From IMG/VR virus record IMGVR_UViG_3300034102_002416: 64,000 nt of DNA. One strand, written 5' to 3'. The notes below the pieces were generated by a model, which did not search any database, was not told the origin of the DNA, and worked only from the letters and a program-made list of their open reading frames with translations. This document shows positions 22,186 to 32,745 of the stretch, one piece after another. Both the position numbers and the translations under genes were made by a program. Source of the stretch: a virus. How positions within the stretch are numbered: the stretch's first letter is position 1; every line of letters starts with the position of its first letter.

Positions 22186-22615
22186 TCATATCTCTTTCTT
22201 CTAATTTGTTTTTAACTGCAGTTATTTTTTGATTTAAAACTGTATCTTCATTAGTAATATCAGTTAACTCATCAGTTAATTCATCGGATAAAGTTTTTTC
22301 TGCAATTTTGAGTAATTGTTCTTTTTCTTCATCGGATAATAATCCATCAGCTCCAGCAATTGTTTGTTTAGTCGAAATAAATCGTTGCACGATTGCTGTT
22401 AGTTTAACAAGATGATCATCATTTTTTACAGCAACATCTAAGTACTCTTTAATTAAAGGTACAATAATAGTAGCATCTGATGCATTTTTAATTAAAGGTT
22501 GTAACTGAGCGATTAGTTGATTAATTTGCCTATCTTTCTTTTTTGAGTTATGATAGACATCTGACATTAAATCCGCAAATGAAGTACCTTTAAATAGTTC
22601 ATCATTTTTGTCCAT
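22178..22615 (-). CDS. Conserved phage hypothetical protein
   Basis: 145 aa helical ORF; late box at 22633-22640. Confidence 0.5.
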   Translation of the reverse strand: MDKNDELFKGTSFADLMSDVYHNSKKKDRQINQLIAQLQPLIKNASDATIIVPLIKEYLDVAVKNDDHLVKLTAIVQRFISTKQTIAGADGLLSDEEKEQLLKIAEKTLSDELTDELTDITNEDTVLNQKITAVKNKLEERDMNV

Positions 22616-22639
22616 AACGTAAATCCTTTAATATAAATA

Positions 22640-23338
22640 TCAAAAAGGCAATTTTACGAAGTTTGTACGTTCATACATTAAGAAATTCTCATCGTATATT
22701 TGTTTTAAAGTTTTAATAACTTTAGTAATATTAGTAGTTTTTAATCCAGTTCGTTCTCGTATAAAAATATACAATGCTTTTTTATTAAAATCTTCAATAT
22801 TTTCTCTAGTTTCAAAAATATGTAAAACTGAATCGGCTACATGTATATCAACTGGATTATTGAATATGTAATTTAAATTATCATAACAATGTTCGATATA
22901 AGCATTCATAAAATATTCTAATGTTTCACGCATCTCGATATTATGAATTTCAGTCATAATATTTCGTTGATCATCAACATCTAATTCTAGAGTATCTGCC
23001 TTAAGTTTATTATATGCTTTTTGATTTTCAGCAATTAAATAATTAAAAGATGTTCTAGTATAATAAGAATAGGCTTTACCATTATTTGGATTAAACTTAT
23101 TTAATCGTTCTGTCAGATATGTAACTAAATCTGTTTGTAAATCAGTAAATGTGGAATCTATATAGGTAGGTTTAACCTTATTAATTAGATTTTCCGCAAG
23201 TTTCATGAATGGAGGATAAATAAATCTGCGATATATCTTTTCTCGCTTTACTGTGCTGTCTGACTTGTTATATGCAGATATTGCAATGTCTGTTATTTTT
23301 GTAAAGTAAACATTACTTTTTTTCTTGCGTTTCGCCAT
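22640..23338 (-). CDS. Late-transcription sigma factor (T4 gp55-like)
   Basis: FMKLAENLIN; KFNPNNGKAYSYYTRTSFNYLI sigma region-2-like motif. Confidence 0.7.
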   Translation of the reverse strand: MAKRKKKSNVYFTKITDIAISAYNKSDSTVKREKIYRRFIYPPFMKLAENLINKVKPTYIDSTFTDLQTDLVTYLTERLNKFNPNNGKAYSYYTRTSFNYLIAENQKAYNKLKADTLELDVDDQRNIMTEIHNIEMRETLEYFMNAYIEHCYDNLNYIFNNPVDIHVADSVLHIFETRENIEDFNKKALYIFIRERTGLKTTNITKVIKTLKQIYDENFLMYERTNFVKLPF

Positions 23339-23612
23339 CGAATTGTTCTTTAAGTTCTGTGATTACTTCGTTTAATAATTGAAATGTAGTTCCTGCTTCG
23401 TCTTCAGATTCAAATGCACCTAATCGATCAATTTGTTTCATGATGTTATATGATGATTCGATTCGACTATACATGAATTGATTGGTAGATTCTAATTCTT
23501 CAATATATTCCTGAGCTTCAGCCAATGTTCCTGCTAATTGCCACATTCTAGCTCCAAAATAACCAGCAATACCTCCAGTTATTATCCATAATATTATATA
23601 CAATGTTACCAT
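23313..23612 (-). CDS. Membrane-anchored coiled-coil protein
   Basis: N-terminal TM helix followed by coiled coil. Confidence 0.5.
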   Translation of the reverse strand: MVTLYIILWIITGGIAGYFGARMWQLAGTLAEAQEYIEELESTNQFMYSRIESSYNIMKQIDRLGAFESEDEAGTTFQLLNEVITELKEQFDGETQEKK

Positions 23613-23614
23613 AA

Positions 23615-24391
23615 TTAATCCTGATTAAATGCACTAAAAATATCTGTTAATGTTTTTTCAACATCTGGATTATTTTCTGCTAAGTTTTTAAGTCCGTTTG
23701 ATTTTGTTACTTTACTTTTTTCTGCAACTGGTTTTGGAGTCACTTTATCTCGGTTTCTCCATCGCTCGTATTCAATTTGGGATGCCATATGATCTGCGTG
23801 GTGTAGAAGTAAAGGTAAATTAGTTTTTAATTTAGCTTGAGCCGATCGTGCAACAAAGTAAGGTTTATTTGCATCATCATACATTCCATCATGTATTTTA
23901 ATTGCCTGATATTCAGTCCAAGACAATTTAATACCATATTCTTGTAGCAACCAAATTGAAAGATCTGGTACCATTGTGAACGGAATATTTTCATTGTGCT
24001 TATACATTTTGTTTTGGTTTTTACGATGCCAATCCGAAGTTTCTACTTGATATACTTCATTACCATCGCCTGGAAATCCTATTTTTCCTAAATCATGATG
24101 CATTGCTGCAAATAACATTTCTTCTTCAGTATAACCAGACATATCAGCACCCATTGACTTCCAAGTTGCATATAATGCTTTTGTGCAATCAATAACACGA
24201 AGTATATGATCTACATATCCGCCAGCAAACGCATTATGAAAATGTGCAATTGAAGATGCTGGCATTAAAACCATTCGTTCTTCAAAATCATCATACATTC
24301 GATTTAAGGCATCTTTACGGGTAGTAAATGTTGTATCAACAATTGCACGATACTGTTCCCAATTAGATTTTATTTTTTCTGCTTCTAACAT
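23615..24391 (-). CDS. HD-domain phosphohydrolase
   Basis: HNAFAGGYVDH, HHDLGK, HDG and HHAD motifs. Confidence 0.85.
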   Translation of the reverse strand: MLEAEKIKSNWEQYRAIVDTTFTTRKDALNRMYDDFEERMVLMPASSIAHFHNAFAGGYVDHILRVIDCTKALYATWKSMGADMSGYTEEEMLFAAMHHDLGKIGFPGDGNEVYQVETSDWHRKNQNKMYKHNENIPFTMVPDLSIWLLQEYGIKLSWTEYQAIKIHDGMYDDANKPYFVARSAQAKLKTNLPLLLHHADHMASQIEYERWRNRDKVTPKPVAEKSKVTKSNGLKNLAENNPDVEKTLTDIFSAFNQD

Positions 24392-24413
24392 AGTTTATAT
24401 AAATAATATAATA

Positions 24414-24578
24414 TTACTTTCGTAATTCCAATGTTTCGCCATTAACTAGTTTCAATGTGCATTTCCAACATGTAATAGCAGTTGCATTAACATCGACTCG
24501 TTCGGAGATAGTATCACAATATTTACATTGTAACTTTTTAAAACCTTTTGGTAAAGGAGCACGTTTTGATTTTTTCAT
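24414..24578 (-). CDS. Small zinc-ribbon protein (54 aa)
   Basis: Manual translation MKKSKRAPLPKGFKKLQCKYCD...TCWKC with two CxxC. Confidence 0.55.
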   Translation of the reverse strand: MKKSKRAPLPKGFKKLQCKYCDTISERVDVNATAITCWKCTLKLVNGETLELRK

Positions 24579-24589
24579 GTGATGATTTT

Positions 24590-24769
24590 TTATTCGCGGT
24601 CAATGTAATAACGAGCCGAATCTAATTTTGTTAAAGCTCTTGCTAAATTATCTAAGGCAGAATCTTTATCAATTTTACCTTCTGTTAACATACGACCGGT
24701 GTTCCGGATAATCTCTCTTGCATCTTCAATATCATCCGTAATTTTTGCTTTGTACTTGTAATGTGCCAT
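24590..24769 (-). CDS. Hypothetical protein (59 aa)
   Basis: Manual translation MAHYKYKAKITDDIEDARE...; late box at 24788-24795. Confidence 0.55.
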   Translation of the reverse strand: MAHYKYKAKITDDIEDAREIIRNTGRMLTEGKIDKDSALDNLARALTKLDSARYYIDRE

Positions 24770-24796
24770 AACTTTTTTTCCTTTATTATAAATATA

Positions 24797-25825
24797 TTAT
24801 CCTAAAATAATTGCTGGATTTTCGCGATGGCAATCGATACCAACATTCTGAATAGCTTGCTCTTTTGCCTTAGCCTCTACTTCAACATCTAATGCATCAA
24901 CACCGTAAGTATTCGGTAATTGCAAAATAAAGTCAGAATGCGCTGGTGCTTTGATCTTGCTGAACTCTTTGTACATCTTAGCAAATGTAGGCCACTTTGG
25001 TAAATCTTCTTGCGGAATACCATGTTTATCGCAAATGCCTTCGATAAGACGTTGTGCTTCGCGTCGACGAGATTCTGAGTAATGAGTGCATTGAGTAACA
25101 CCGTGACGAGTCCAAGTTTCTCGAGCCATAAAGAATGCTTCTTGTTCGGATAAGTCACCGGTATTGAATGTATGATGCCAATAGTCAAATGTAATCGGAA
25201 TAGCAATATCGCGATGCAACATTTCATACAAGTCGCGAACTGAATACATAGAAGCCTTGTCATCATTTTCAATAACAAGACGTGCCTTAAGATTATCAGA
25301 CAAACGATCATAATTCTTCAACCAACGTTGTATGGTAGTTGCCTTATCGCCGTAAGTAGCACCTACGTGAATATTAATAAGATTGTCAAAGCTAGGAGCA
25401 AAGCCCATAAGATCAAACATCTCAGAATGACGTTCTAATCCAACAATACTATTTTCGACCACAACAGAATCTGGACTACCTAATATATGGAAAGGACCAG
25501 GATGTGTAGTAAGACGATGGCCATGTGCCCGAGCATAATCGCCTGCTACGCGAAGGTGATGTGCAATCTCAGCAATATCAGGCAAATCTGCTAATTCATA
25601 ATGATTCCATCGAGGAAATATTTCTGAACCAATTCGGAATAAACGTATACCTTGCTGTTCGTTCCATTGGAGTATAGGTAGTAAGTCACGAGCATTAGCT
25701 AATGAAATATCAGAAGCTAACTGCATACCGCCAGCCTTGAATTTACGTTCAATCATGGTGCGACCTGTGCGGATACCTTGAGAACTAAGTTGCATGTTAA
25801 TGCAGCAATAACCAAATCTAATCAT
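24797..25825 (-). CDS. uvsE: UV DNA damage endonuclease
   Basis: RFGYCCIN, IRLFRIGSEIFP, THPGPF, IHVG, IENDD, FDYWHH, HYSES, AHSD, EAKAKE. Confidence 0.93.
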   Translation of the reverse strand: MIRFGYCCINMQLSSQGIRTGRTMIERKFKAGGMQLASDISLANARDLLPILQWNEQQGIRLFRIGSEIFPRWNHYELADLPDIAEIAHHLRVAGDYARAHGHRLTTHPGPFHILGSPDSVVVENSIVGLERHSEMFDLMGFAPSFDNLINIHVGATYGDKATTIQRWLKNYDRLSDNLKARLVIENDDKASMYSVRDLYEMLHRDIAIPITFDYWHHTFNTGDLSEQEAFFMARETWTRHGVTQCTHYSESRRREAQRLIEGICDKHGIPQEDLPKWPTFAKMYKEFSKIKAPAHSDFILQLPNTYGVDALDVEVEAKAKEQAIQNVGIDCHRENPAIILG

Positions 25826-25928
25826 AGTATTTTTTTATTAATATAAGAAAAATTTTGTAAATAACCTAGAATGCAATGTTTTTATTGTAGTTTATATTTA
25901 TATGAAAAGATATAATAAAGATAGTATT

Positions 25929-27416
25929 ATGAATTTACAAAAACTACTTGCAGAAAATATGCTTAGGTTTGCACCTAAAAATTTAGATGAGACATCTATT
26001 AGTAATATTTTAACAATAATAGAACAAGCTGGTGTTTCTGGATTACCAAAAACATATGAAGAATTTATTGCATTAGATTCAGCTGACGTAACAAAAACAC
26101 CAGGATATGCAGAATTATTTAAACGCGTATTTGAATTACAATCTGGTAAAGGCGATGGGTATAACAATTCCGAACAATATGCAACTGAAACTATTGGTTG
26201 GTGGTCCGGTTCCCCACAATTAAATAATCAACAGAACCGAGCAAAAGATCAAACTGATAATGTTATTAAAAATATAGATTTTATGATTTCTAGTTTAGAA
26301 TCAATTAAATCTGGTAAATTTAATATACAAATTTCAGATTTAGATAAACGACTAATGCTTTTAAAGCAAGTTCGAGCTCAACTAAATTCATTAATGTCTA
26401 AAGATATATACATAAATAATTGGCGCCCGCAAGGAGTTGATCTAGCTGGAAAAATTTATAATCTATCTACTAAAGTTTATGGTGATATCGATCGGTTATC
26501 ATCTACAGTACCAGCACCATCTGATTTGCAAAAATTTTTAACAAATATAGATGCAGAATCTGCGCCAGGCAAACAAATTTATAGTAAACAAACATATTCT
26601 TCAAAAATACCTGATACCGATAAGGTTAAACTTATAAGTCAAGCCATACAAAAAGCAAGAAATGCAAATAAACCTTTAAGTAATGCAGATCGTATATATA
26701 TAGGTCCTAAAAATACCGCAGTTTTATATTCTAAACAAGAACAAACGACGCCGGCGGCGCCCATGGCATTTCCAATTGCATATCCACCTAAAAATCCAAA
26801 TTCGCCATTAATACAAAACTTTTTCGGGGATGATAAATATCAAGTAAGTCCAGAACAACAAGCAGGTTTTGCTAGCACATTGCAACAAGCAGTACAATAT
26901 TGTAAATCTCAAGGTACTATTCTAGAAGTACAATATAAAGCTGGTAGTAGTACTAGTAAAGTTCCTACGAGGTTTCCTCGAGGAAATGAGGGATTGACCG
27001 ATGCACGATTGAAGTCTATCGATACCGTATTAGCTTCTACTATTGCAAATAATCCAGATCTCAAAGGTATTAAAGTAACAAAACTTGATCCGGAGCGCAA
27101 AGTTGAAGTAGGTCCAGCTTATGATGGAGATACATATTCACCAGAGAAACGAAAAGCTAATCCAGAAACACAAAAAAAGTATGATGCATTATACGGACCA
27201 CATCGTGGAAGTTATGGTGAATTTGTTATTATATATCAACCACAACCGGAAGAACCTAGCTCGAATACAGAATATACACCAATTGGCAATTGGGCAATTA
27301 AAATAGATTGGCACAAAATTCGAATACCAAAAATTAGTATACCAAAAATTGGAGTAATGCAACCGAAACAACGGAGAGCTAAAAATTTTAGTACAACTGA
27401 CTGTTGGGCTGGTTAA
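25929..27416 (+). CDS. Late protein with LLAENMLRF N-terminal tag; C-terminal half possibly OmpA-like
   Basis: Only long + strand gene; ATATTTAT at 25894-25901 on +; start assigned to MNLQKLLAENMLRF; GSSTSKVP..GNEGLTDARLKSI. Confidence 0.6.
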   Translation: MNLQKLLAENMLRFAPKNLDETSISNILTIIEQAGVSGLPKTYEEFIALDSADVTKTPGYAELFKRVFELQSGKGDGYNNSEQYATETIGWWSGSPQLNNQQNRAKDQTDNVIKNIDFMISSLESIKSGKFNIQISDLDKRLMLLKQVRAQLNSLMSKDIYINNWRPQGVDLAGKIYNLSTKVYGDIDRLSSTVPAPSDLQKFLTNIDAESAPGKQIYSKQTYSSKIPDTDKVKLISQAIQKARNANKPLSNADRIYIGPKNTAVLYSKQEQTTPAAPMAFPIAYPPKNPNSPLIQNFFGDDKYQVSPEQQAGFASTLQQAVQYCKSQGTILEVQYKAGSSTSKVPTRFPRGNEGLTDARLKSIDTVLASTIANNPDLKGIKVTKLDPERKVEVGPAYDGDTYSPEKRKANPETQKKYDALYGPHRGSYGEFVIIYQPQPEEPSSNTEYTPIGNWAIKIDWHKIRIPKISIPKIGVMQPKQRRAKNFSTTDCWAG

Positions 27417-27429
27417 AAAATAATTTAGT

Positions 27430-27456
27430 AAATGGGAGTTTAGGCTCCCATTTTTT
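27430..27456 (+). terminator. Intrinsic terminator between convergent genes
   Basis: AAATGGGAG-TTTAGG-CTCCCATTT followed by T-tract. Confidence 0.75.
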
Positions 27457-28060
27457 ATTTATTAGAAAACACTGTTACTGCATAAATTTTAGTATCAATT
27501 GGCGATTTGATAAACGAAATTCCAATTTTTGTAAAATTTGGATTCAATTGGGCTTGAGCATGACCTTTATTACTAGATGCCCATTGATCTAATGATTGTT
27601 GTGCTACCGTACGATTACGACCAAAGCAAATAACTATAGGGAAACATAATGCATTTTCACTAATACGATAATCTACACAGTTATAATTTGGGTAAAATTG
27701 AAGAATTCTATCAGTCAAAGTTGGATAAATATCGCCAGAAATAACATTATTAAAATCTTGTACGTGACCGACATATTTTGTATTGACCATATAGCGACAT
27801 TGGTTATCAGCCGCGGCACATAAATTTACATCTAATTGCAACTCACCCAATCCTTTGAATTTTCGATATTGATTAAGTAAACGTAAAAATTCAATTTGAA
27901 TTGATACTGAATCAAATTTCCGACTGTTAAAGGCATTCACCGAATCCATTGAATAATATTCAATTATGGAGGTTTTACTATAATCTATAAGTTTGACTGG
28001 ATTTTGACTAATAGAATTATAAGATATTATAATACTAACAATTGTGATTATTTTTTTCAT
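27455..28060 (-). CDS. Secreted CAP/SCP domain protein
   Basis: Signal peptide; LNQYRK..L..L..AA..YM..GH, SENA, W..S.GH..LNP.FTKIGI. Confidence 0.8.
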   Translation of the reverse strand: MKKIITIVSIIISYNSISQNPVKLIDYSKTSIIEYYSMDSVNAFNSRKFDSVSIQIEFLRLLNQYRKFKGLGELQLDVNLCAAADNQCRYMVNTKYVGHVQDFNNVISGDIYPTLTDRILQFYPNYNCVDYRISENALCFPIVICFGRNRTVAQQSLDQWASSNKGHAQAQLNPNFTKIGISFIKSPIDTKIYAVTVFSNK

Positions 28061-28118
28061 ACTCTCTTATTTTTATACTTTAAATATAAGAAGAATAAAT
28101 CAAACGTCCAACCACCCG

Positions 28119-28700
28119 TTAATCTTTTTTTACTGGATTAGTAAAATCTAAAAAACTTCGTTGTTTTGCAATTGCCGCATCTAATTCTACATTTTTAGCA
28201 GTTTTTCGTTTTGTTGTATTGTTTCTGCCAGTTCTATCAGAGCCAAATGAAACAGCATTTGATTTGGTAGATCGCTTGGTTCTAACCTTTGTATCTTCAG
28301 CGTTATGGTTTCCATCATCTGCGTTGCCATCTTGATCGCTAACTCGGCTTTCATTCGTTGGCCTGCTGGTGTCGATAGAAATTGTTGTAACTGTTCGACG
28401 TTTTGGGGCTGTTTGAATGCGTCTCTCAAGTTCGTCTGGTCCGATGGATATAGTGTCTTCGAAGAAGATGAATCCTGTGTTATAGCTCGTCTTTTGCCCC
28501 TTAATTTGTATACCACACGGGTAACTAACACCCATAGTCGATTCCACCATGTACTGAATACCCCATCCAGTTTTCTTTGTTTTTGTAACATATCCGTAAT
28601 ATTTTTGTCCAAGCCAAGAAAAGAAAACCGCATCCCCTATTGAGAATTGCGGTTTATCAAATTTTCTTTGAAGTGCTTCTGGTATTTTTTGTTTTGCCAT
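28119..28700 (-). CDS. Hypothetical protein (SH3/KOW-like N-terminus)
   Basis: FSIGDAVFF..GYV motif. Confidence 0.5.
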   Translation of the reverse strand: MAKQKIPEALQRKFDKPQFSIGDAVFFSWLGQKYYGYVTKTKKTGWGIQYMVESTMGVSYPCGIQIKGQKTSYNTGFIFFEDTISIGPDELERRIQTAPKRRTVTTISIDTSRPTNESRVSDQDGNADDGNHNAEDTKVRTKRSTKSNAVSFGSDRTGRNNTTKRKTAKNVELDAAIAKQRSFLDFTNPVKKD

Positions 28701-29143
28701 TAGTTAATGCATATTGTTGAAACTTGATCTACTATTCGAAATATTCGCAAGTACTTTGTAACTTTGTCCCGACGAAACATTTTCTCCATATTTTTATCAC
28801 GAGATAAGATATATCCGGATTCAAAAAATTTATAAATTATAACACGCAATCCAATTAAACTATTTGTTTCTATCATGATGTTATCATCATCAATCATTAC
28901 ATCTACTTTTTCAATATCATCTGGCCAACTTTCCGGAGCTGTTTGCTGATCGATTGGATCCGATTCCTTTAAGGATTCATGCACCATGTTAAATATTTTA
29001 GATAAATCTAACCCATCGCTATGCTTTATTAAAGCAGCTTCATAGATTTCAAAAAAGAACATTACTTGATCACGCCGCGATAATTGCTTATAATAAGTAT
29101 ACTCGGCATAATTAACATGTAATACATCAAATACGGTTTTCAT
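28700..29143 (-). CDS. Hypothetical protein
   Basis: Start reassigned to MKTVFDVL, overlapping the upstream 59 aa ORF. Confidence 0.5.
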   Translation of the reverse strand: MKTVFDVLHVNYAEYTYYKQLSRRDQVMFFFEIYEAALIKHSDGLDLSKIFNMVHESLKESDPIDQQTAPESWPDDIEKVDVMIDDDNIMIETNSLIGLRVIIYKFFESGYILSRDKNMEKMFRRDKVTKYLRIFRIVDQVSTICIN

Positions 29144-29306
29144 ATGGCAACACCTGTTTAATTTCAAATAATTCATCAATTGCCTCACCAGACAATTGTT
29201 TTCGTTGTTTGATTAATTCACGTGCCTCGCGCAAATCCATTGCCATTACACGTCCTATGGGTTCACAAGTAGAATCTGTCTTAAAGAAATATACATATGT
29301 GTTCAT
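29127..29306 (-). CDS. Hypothetical protein (59 aa)
   Basis: Manual translation MNTYVYFFKTDSTCEPIGRV...; late box at 29321-29328. Confidence 0.5.
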   Translation of the reverse strand: MNTYVYFFKTDSTCEPIGRVMAMDLREARELIKQRKQLSGEAIDELFEIKQVLPYENRI

Positions 29307-29318
29307 AGGCCTATTTTA

Positions 29319-29711
29319 TTATAAATATAAACCTATTTCATATGCTCGTAATGAAGATGCTAATGCTTCGGATAATGTTTGTGATAACCGACCAATTTCA
29401 GTGCAAGTTAAATCAAATTTAGAACCCTTAACAGAAACTTCAAATCGATGTGTTTTATCTACTCGTTCTGAATATAAGTTTGTAGATAACGTGTCAATTG
29501 ATTTTGCATATGAAATTAAGTCTTTATATTTCATATTAATTTTTTGATTAGCAATATGTAATTGACCAATCAATGTGTTCATTGGATCTGTTTTAAAGTG
29601 ATCATTTGAAATTTTGTCTTGAAATACAAAATCCATATCACTCCAGATTGTTCCATACCGGCTTCTGAATTTATCGCTAATTGCCCATGGATGATTAATA
29701 CTTGTTGTCAT
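29319..29711 (-). CDS. Hypothetical protein
   Basis: 130 aa ORF in operon. Confidence 0.5.
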   Translation of the reverse strand: MTTSINHPWAISDKFRSRYGTIWSDMDFVFQDKISNDHFKTDPMNTLIGQLHIANQKINMKYKDLISYAKSIDTLSTNLYSERVDKTHRFEVSVKGSKFDLTCTEIGRLSQTLSEALASSLRAYEIGLYL

Positions 29712-29715
29712 AATA

Positions 29716-30372
29716 TTATGCGTTGATTTTATAAATTGTTACTGTGTATACATCATTTGAATAGTTATGTCGAACCGAGACATATCGATACTTTTCAATC
29801 ATCATATCCATAATTAAACCTGGATGTGTATAAAAGAAACCTTCATGCAATGTGTTATTAATTGGAGATAATAAATTGAAAGATACTGCAGTTTTGGCTG
29901 CGTTATACATTAAATGCACATCGCTAAATAATTTTTGTAAATCTTCATTTTCATCGTTGCAACGACGTTGTGTAAATAAACCACTTGCAACTACCCAATC
30001 GCAACTAGGTAATTCTGCAGTTTCAAATGCATTAGTTTGAATTTCTAATGAATAACGATCGGTTGCCAATTGAGCCATTAATGGATTGTGATCGATGCCA
30101 TGGTAGATAGCTGGTTGCCCGTAGAAATCATTGATAAAATTAGATAGATCAGCACGACCACATCCAATATCCAATATACTTAATGACGGATCGTATCCCA
30201 CTAATAAATTTTGAAAGATATAGTGTTGTTCTGCTGTACTATGATATCCAACAGGTTTTGGACTATATAATAAATAGTTTTCATCAGTTGGTAACAATGA
30301 ATCCCATTCGTTAGCATCGATACTATTGTCTAATACTGACTGTATTTTATTTTGTAATTCAGATGGTTGCAT
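29716..30372 (-). CDS. Class I SAM-dependent methyltransferase
   Basis: SILDIGCGRAD, YHGID, DWVVASGLF. Confidence 0.85.
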   Translation of the reverse strand: MQPSELQNKIQSVLDNSIDANEWDSLLPTDENYLLYSPKPVGYHSTAEQHYIFQNLLVGYDPSLSILDIGCGRADLSNFINDFYGQPAIYHGIDHNPLMAQLATDRYSLEIQTNAFETAELPSCDWVVASGLFTQRRCNDENEDLQKLFSDVHLMYNAAKTAVSFNLLSPINNTLHEGFFYTHPGLIMDMMIEKYRYVSVRHNYSNDVYTVTIYKINA

Positions 30373-30382
30373 GAACTATGAT

Positions 30383-30658
30383 TTATGCATTACAAATAGG
30401 TAAAAGATCTTCTTCTAACAATGTTTTATACGGAATGGTTGTTTCGATCATTTTCGTATCACACAATTTAGCCGTTAATGTTTTATTAATAAACGTATTC
30501 TTTGAAGGAGCCGTAGGTACCATTACTAATGCTGTACGGTTTTCTAATAATACATTGTATACTGTTTGTTTGTTAACAATGTTTCGATCTAAAACTACAC
30601 CTACGTGATTAGTTTCATGAGTTGTTACGATTACTGTTTCACCTGCTCGGTATCCCAT
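30383..30658 (-). CDS. Hypothetical SH3-like protein
   Basis: YRAGETVIV..GVV. Confidence 0.45.
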   Translation of the reverse strand: MGYRAGETVIVTTHETNHVGVVLDRNIVNKQTVYNVLLENRTALVMVPTAPSKNTFINKTLTAKLCDTKMIETTIPYKTLLEEDLLPICNA

Positions 30659-30867
30659 TATTCTAAAATTTTAATGATTTTACTTGCAGTTACTGATTTT
30701 ACTTCAAAATCGAAAGTATATCCTTTAAAGTCTTCAATAACCTTAGCTTCTGCGTCAGTAACTGACATTGCTTCTACAAGATACATTTCAGTAGTTTTTT
30801 TGATTTTTGGACCTTTCGGCGTGTCTACTTCGTCCGTTAATTGGACTTTTGCTACATAATAACTCAT
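30658..30867 (-). CDS. DUF4494-like protein
   Basis: KKTTEMYLVEAMSVTDAEAKV..FEVKSV. Confidence 0.7.
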   Translation of the reverse strand: MSYYVAKVQLTDEVDTPKGPKIKKTTEMYLVEAMSVTDAEAKVIEDFKGYTFDFEVKSVTASKIIKILE

Positions 30868-30931
30868 TTGTTTTTAATTTAGATTATAACTTTTTAATAA
30901 ATATAAGAAAAAATATTATTGATTCAAAGTT

Positions 30932-32521
30932 TTATTTTGATGAAATCACCAGATTCCATTTTTTATCTGTCGATGACCATTCCCAATACCACGTTTTTCC
31001 GGATTTAATAACTTTTCCAGTTTTTTTATCAACAACAGCCCATTTAGAATCTGGATATAATCTTGTAATTTGATTACCTTGTGTGGTTGCAGCATATACA
31101 TAACCATATCCAGCTGGATCGACCCATGCATTATATGAATCAACTATTTTACGTACATTTTCTTTAGATTGGCCGTCTGGCATATTGACTATAAATGTAT
31201 CAATATTTTTTTTGATTTGGTCTTTTGCAGCTTTACCACGTTTAATTTTTTCTTCTTTACTTAAAGTATCTGCAAATGTTACGGGTTTAGTTTTTGTTAT
31301 AGCACCACCTTTAGTAACAGCATCAGACTGATATGGAGCTAATAATTTTAATACCCATGCCATTGAATCTGCAGATGTATATGTTGGGAAGAATTTATAT
31401 GGGTTGCTTCTCATATCAGCTGATACCAGCATGCCAATTCCTTTGCTATTTAAATCAGATTGCAATTTCCATGTCATGGTTTTACTAATATCATTGCCTT
31501 CAGCATCTTTTCCGCTAACAAACGTTTCAGGCTGATTTTCAGAAAATATATATTTAGCTACATCTGGGTCTTGTAAAATTTGTTGAATTGATTTAAATTC
31601 ACTACCCAAATCGACTAAATTACTCCATTCTTTACTAAACCAATCTTTCATGAATCTAGTAGCAGGAGCTGATTTTTGTTGAGAAGCTTGAACGGTCATA
31701 TACATTATAGTACGAATTGCATCTGTGATTAAAACTTGTCGAACTGCATTAGGCTGATTAGTTATATAAACTTTGAATGCATTAAAAAACCGTTTTTCAT
31801 CCCAATCAAATTCGGATAATGATGTATCAATCAATTTCCAAAAATTAAATGCCGTTTGTAAACTTTTATCCATAGTCAGATATTTACTTTGCAGATATTT
31901 TTTCTCTGGAGATTCATCAATTTCGTTTAACGATCTAATAGCTTCGATTAATAAATCAGCATGTTCATTTAGATTTATTTTTGATGTTACATTTGATATT
32001 TCTTTAATTAATTTACCAGTTGGAATATAACCTGCTACTTCAGGAGCTGGTTCAGATGGTATTTCTGGCATAGGCGATTCTGCTGCAGAAGCAGCAGCGC
32101 TACTACCATCACCGCCACCAGCTTCAATTTTTTCTTTATCTTCTTTACCTAAACCTTTAACATCATCGAGTGATAATTGCAATTCGATAGTATAATCAGT
32201 ATTTCTACCAAATCCTGTATAAGGTACAATTTTAATAACTAGATTTCTTATTAAATTTAGAAGTATTCCAGGCGTTATATTTAAATCATTGCCTGATCTA
32301 GCAATAAATTCTCGTATACCTATATCAGTTGGAGAATATATTACTCCTAAATGTGTAGTACCATATGCATCAAATTTTCCTAAAAACTTTTCTTCTGCTG
32401 GAGTAAATGGTGATGTATCAGCATCAGATTTAGCATTAGCTGTTACTCGAGCATTACTCTTTGCGTCCTGTTCTGTAATAGTTTGGAGCACTGTGTTAAT
32501 GATATGGTCTATTTTTTTCAT
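30932..32521 (-). CDS. Hypothetical late protein, probable internal head protein
   Basis: Several L/I-x-E sites (ITEQ, LIKE, LNEH, LNEI). Confidence 0.5.
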   Translation of the reverse strand: MKKIDHIINTVLQTITEQDAKSNARVTANAKSDADTSPFTPAEEKFLGKFDAYGTTHLGVIYSPTDIGIREFIARSGNDLNITPGILLNLIRNLVIKIVPYTGFGRNTDYTIELQLSLDDVKGLGKEDKEKIEAGGGDGSSAAASAAESPMPEIPSEPAPEVAGYIPTGKLIKEISNVTSKINLNEHADLLIEAIRSLNEIDESPEKKYLQSKYLTMDKSLQTAFNFWKLIDTSLSEFDWDEKRFFNAFKVYITNQPNAVRQVLITDAIRTIMYMTVQASQQKSAPATRFMKDWFSKEWSNLVDLGSEFKSIQQILQDPDVAKYIFSENQPETFVSGKDAEGNDISKTMTWKLQSDLNSKGIGMLVSADMRSNPYKFFPTYTSADSMAWVLKLLAPYQSDAVTKGGAITKTKPVTFADTLSKEEKIKRGKAAKDQIKKNIDTFIVNMPDGQSKENVRKIVDSYNAWVDPAGYGYVYAATTQGNQITRLYPDSKWAVVDKKTGKVIKSGKTWYWEWSSTDKKWNLVISSK

Positions 32522-32706
32522 TATACGTTTTTAGATTCTAGTAATTGTGTTGATCTGTATTTACTAGCTAATTTTTTTAATTCATTAATGGATTTTCTAG
32601 CTGCAGCCGCGGCTTTTTTTACTTTTTTATCTTGAAATCGTTCATGATTTTCTTTAAATGATAACCAATGTGCTTCAATTTGTTCGTAGATTTCTTGTGA
32701 TGTCAT
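32521..32706 (-). CDS. Histone H1-like (Hc1-type) nucleoid protein
   Basis: KKAAAAARKSINELKKLASKYR resembles Bacteroidota Hc1. Confidence 0.7.
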   Translation of the reverse strand: MTSQEIYEQIEAHWLSFKENHERFQDKKVKKAAAAARKSINELKKLASKYRSTQLLESKNV

Positions 32707-32745
32707 TATTAACCTTTTTATTATTTTTATTTATTAATAAATATG

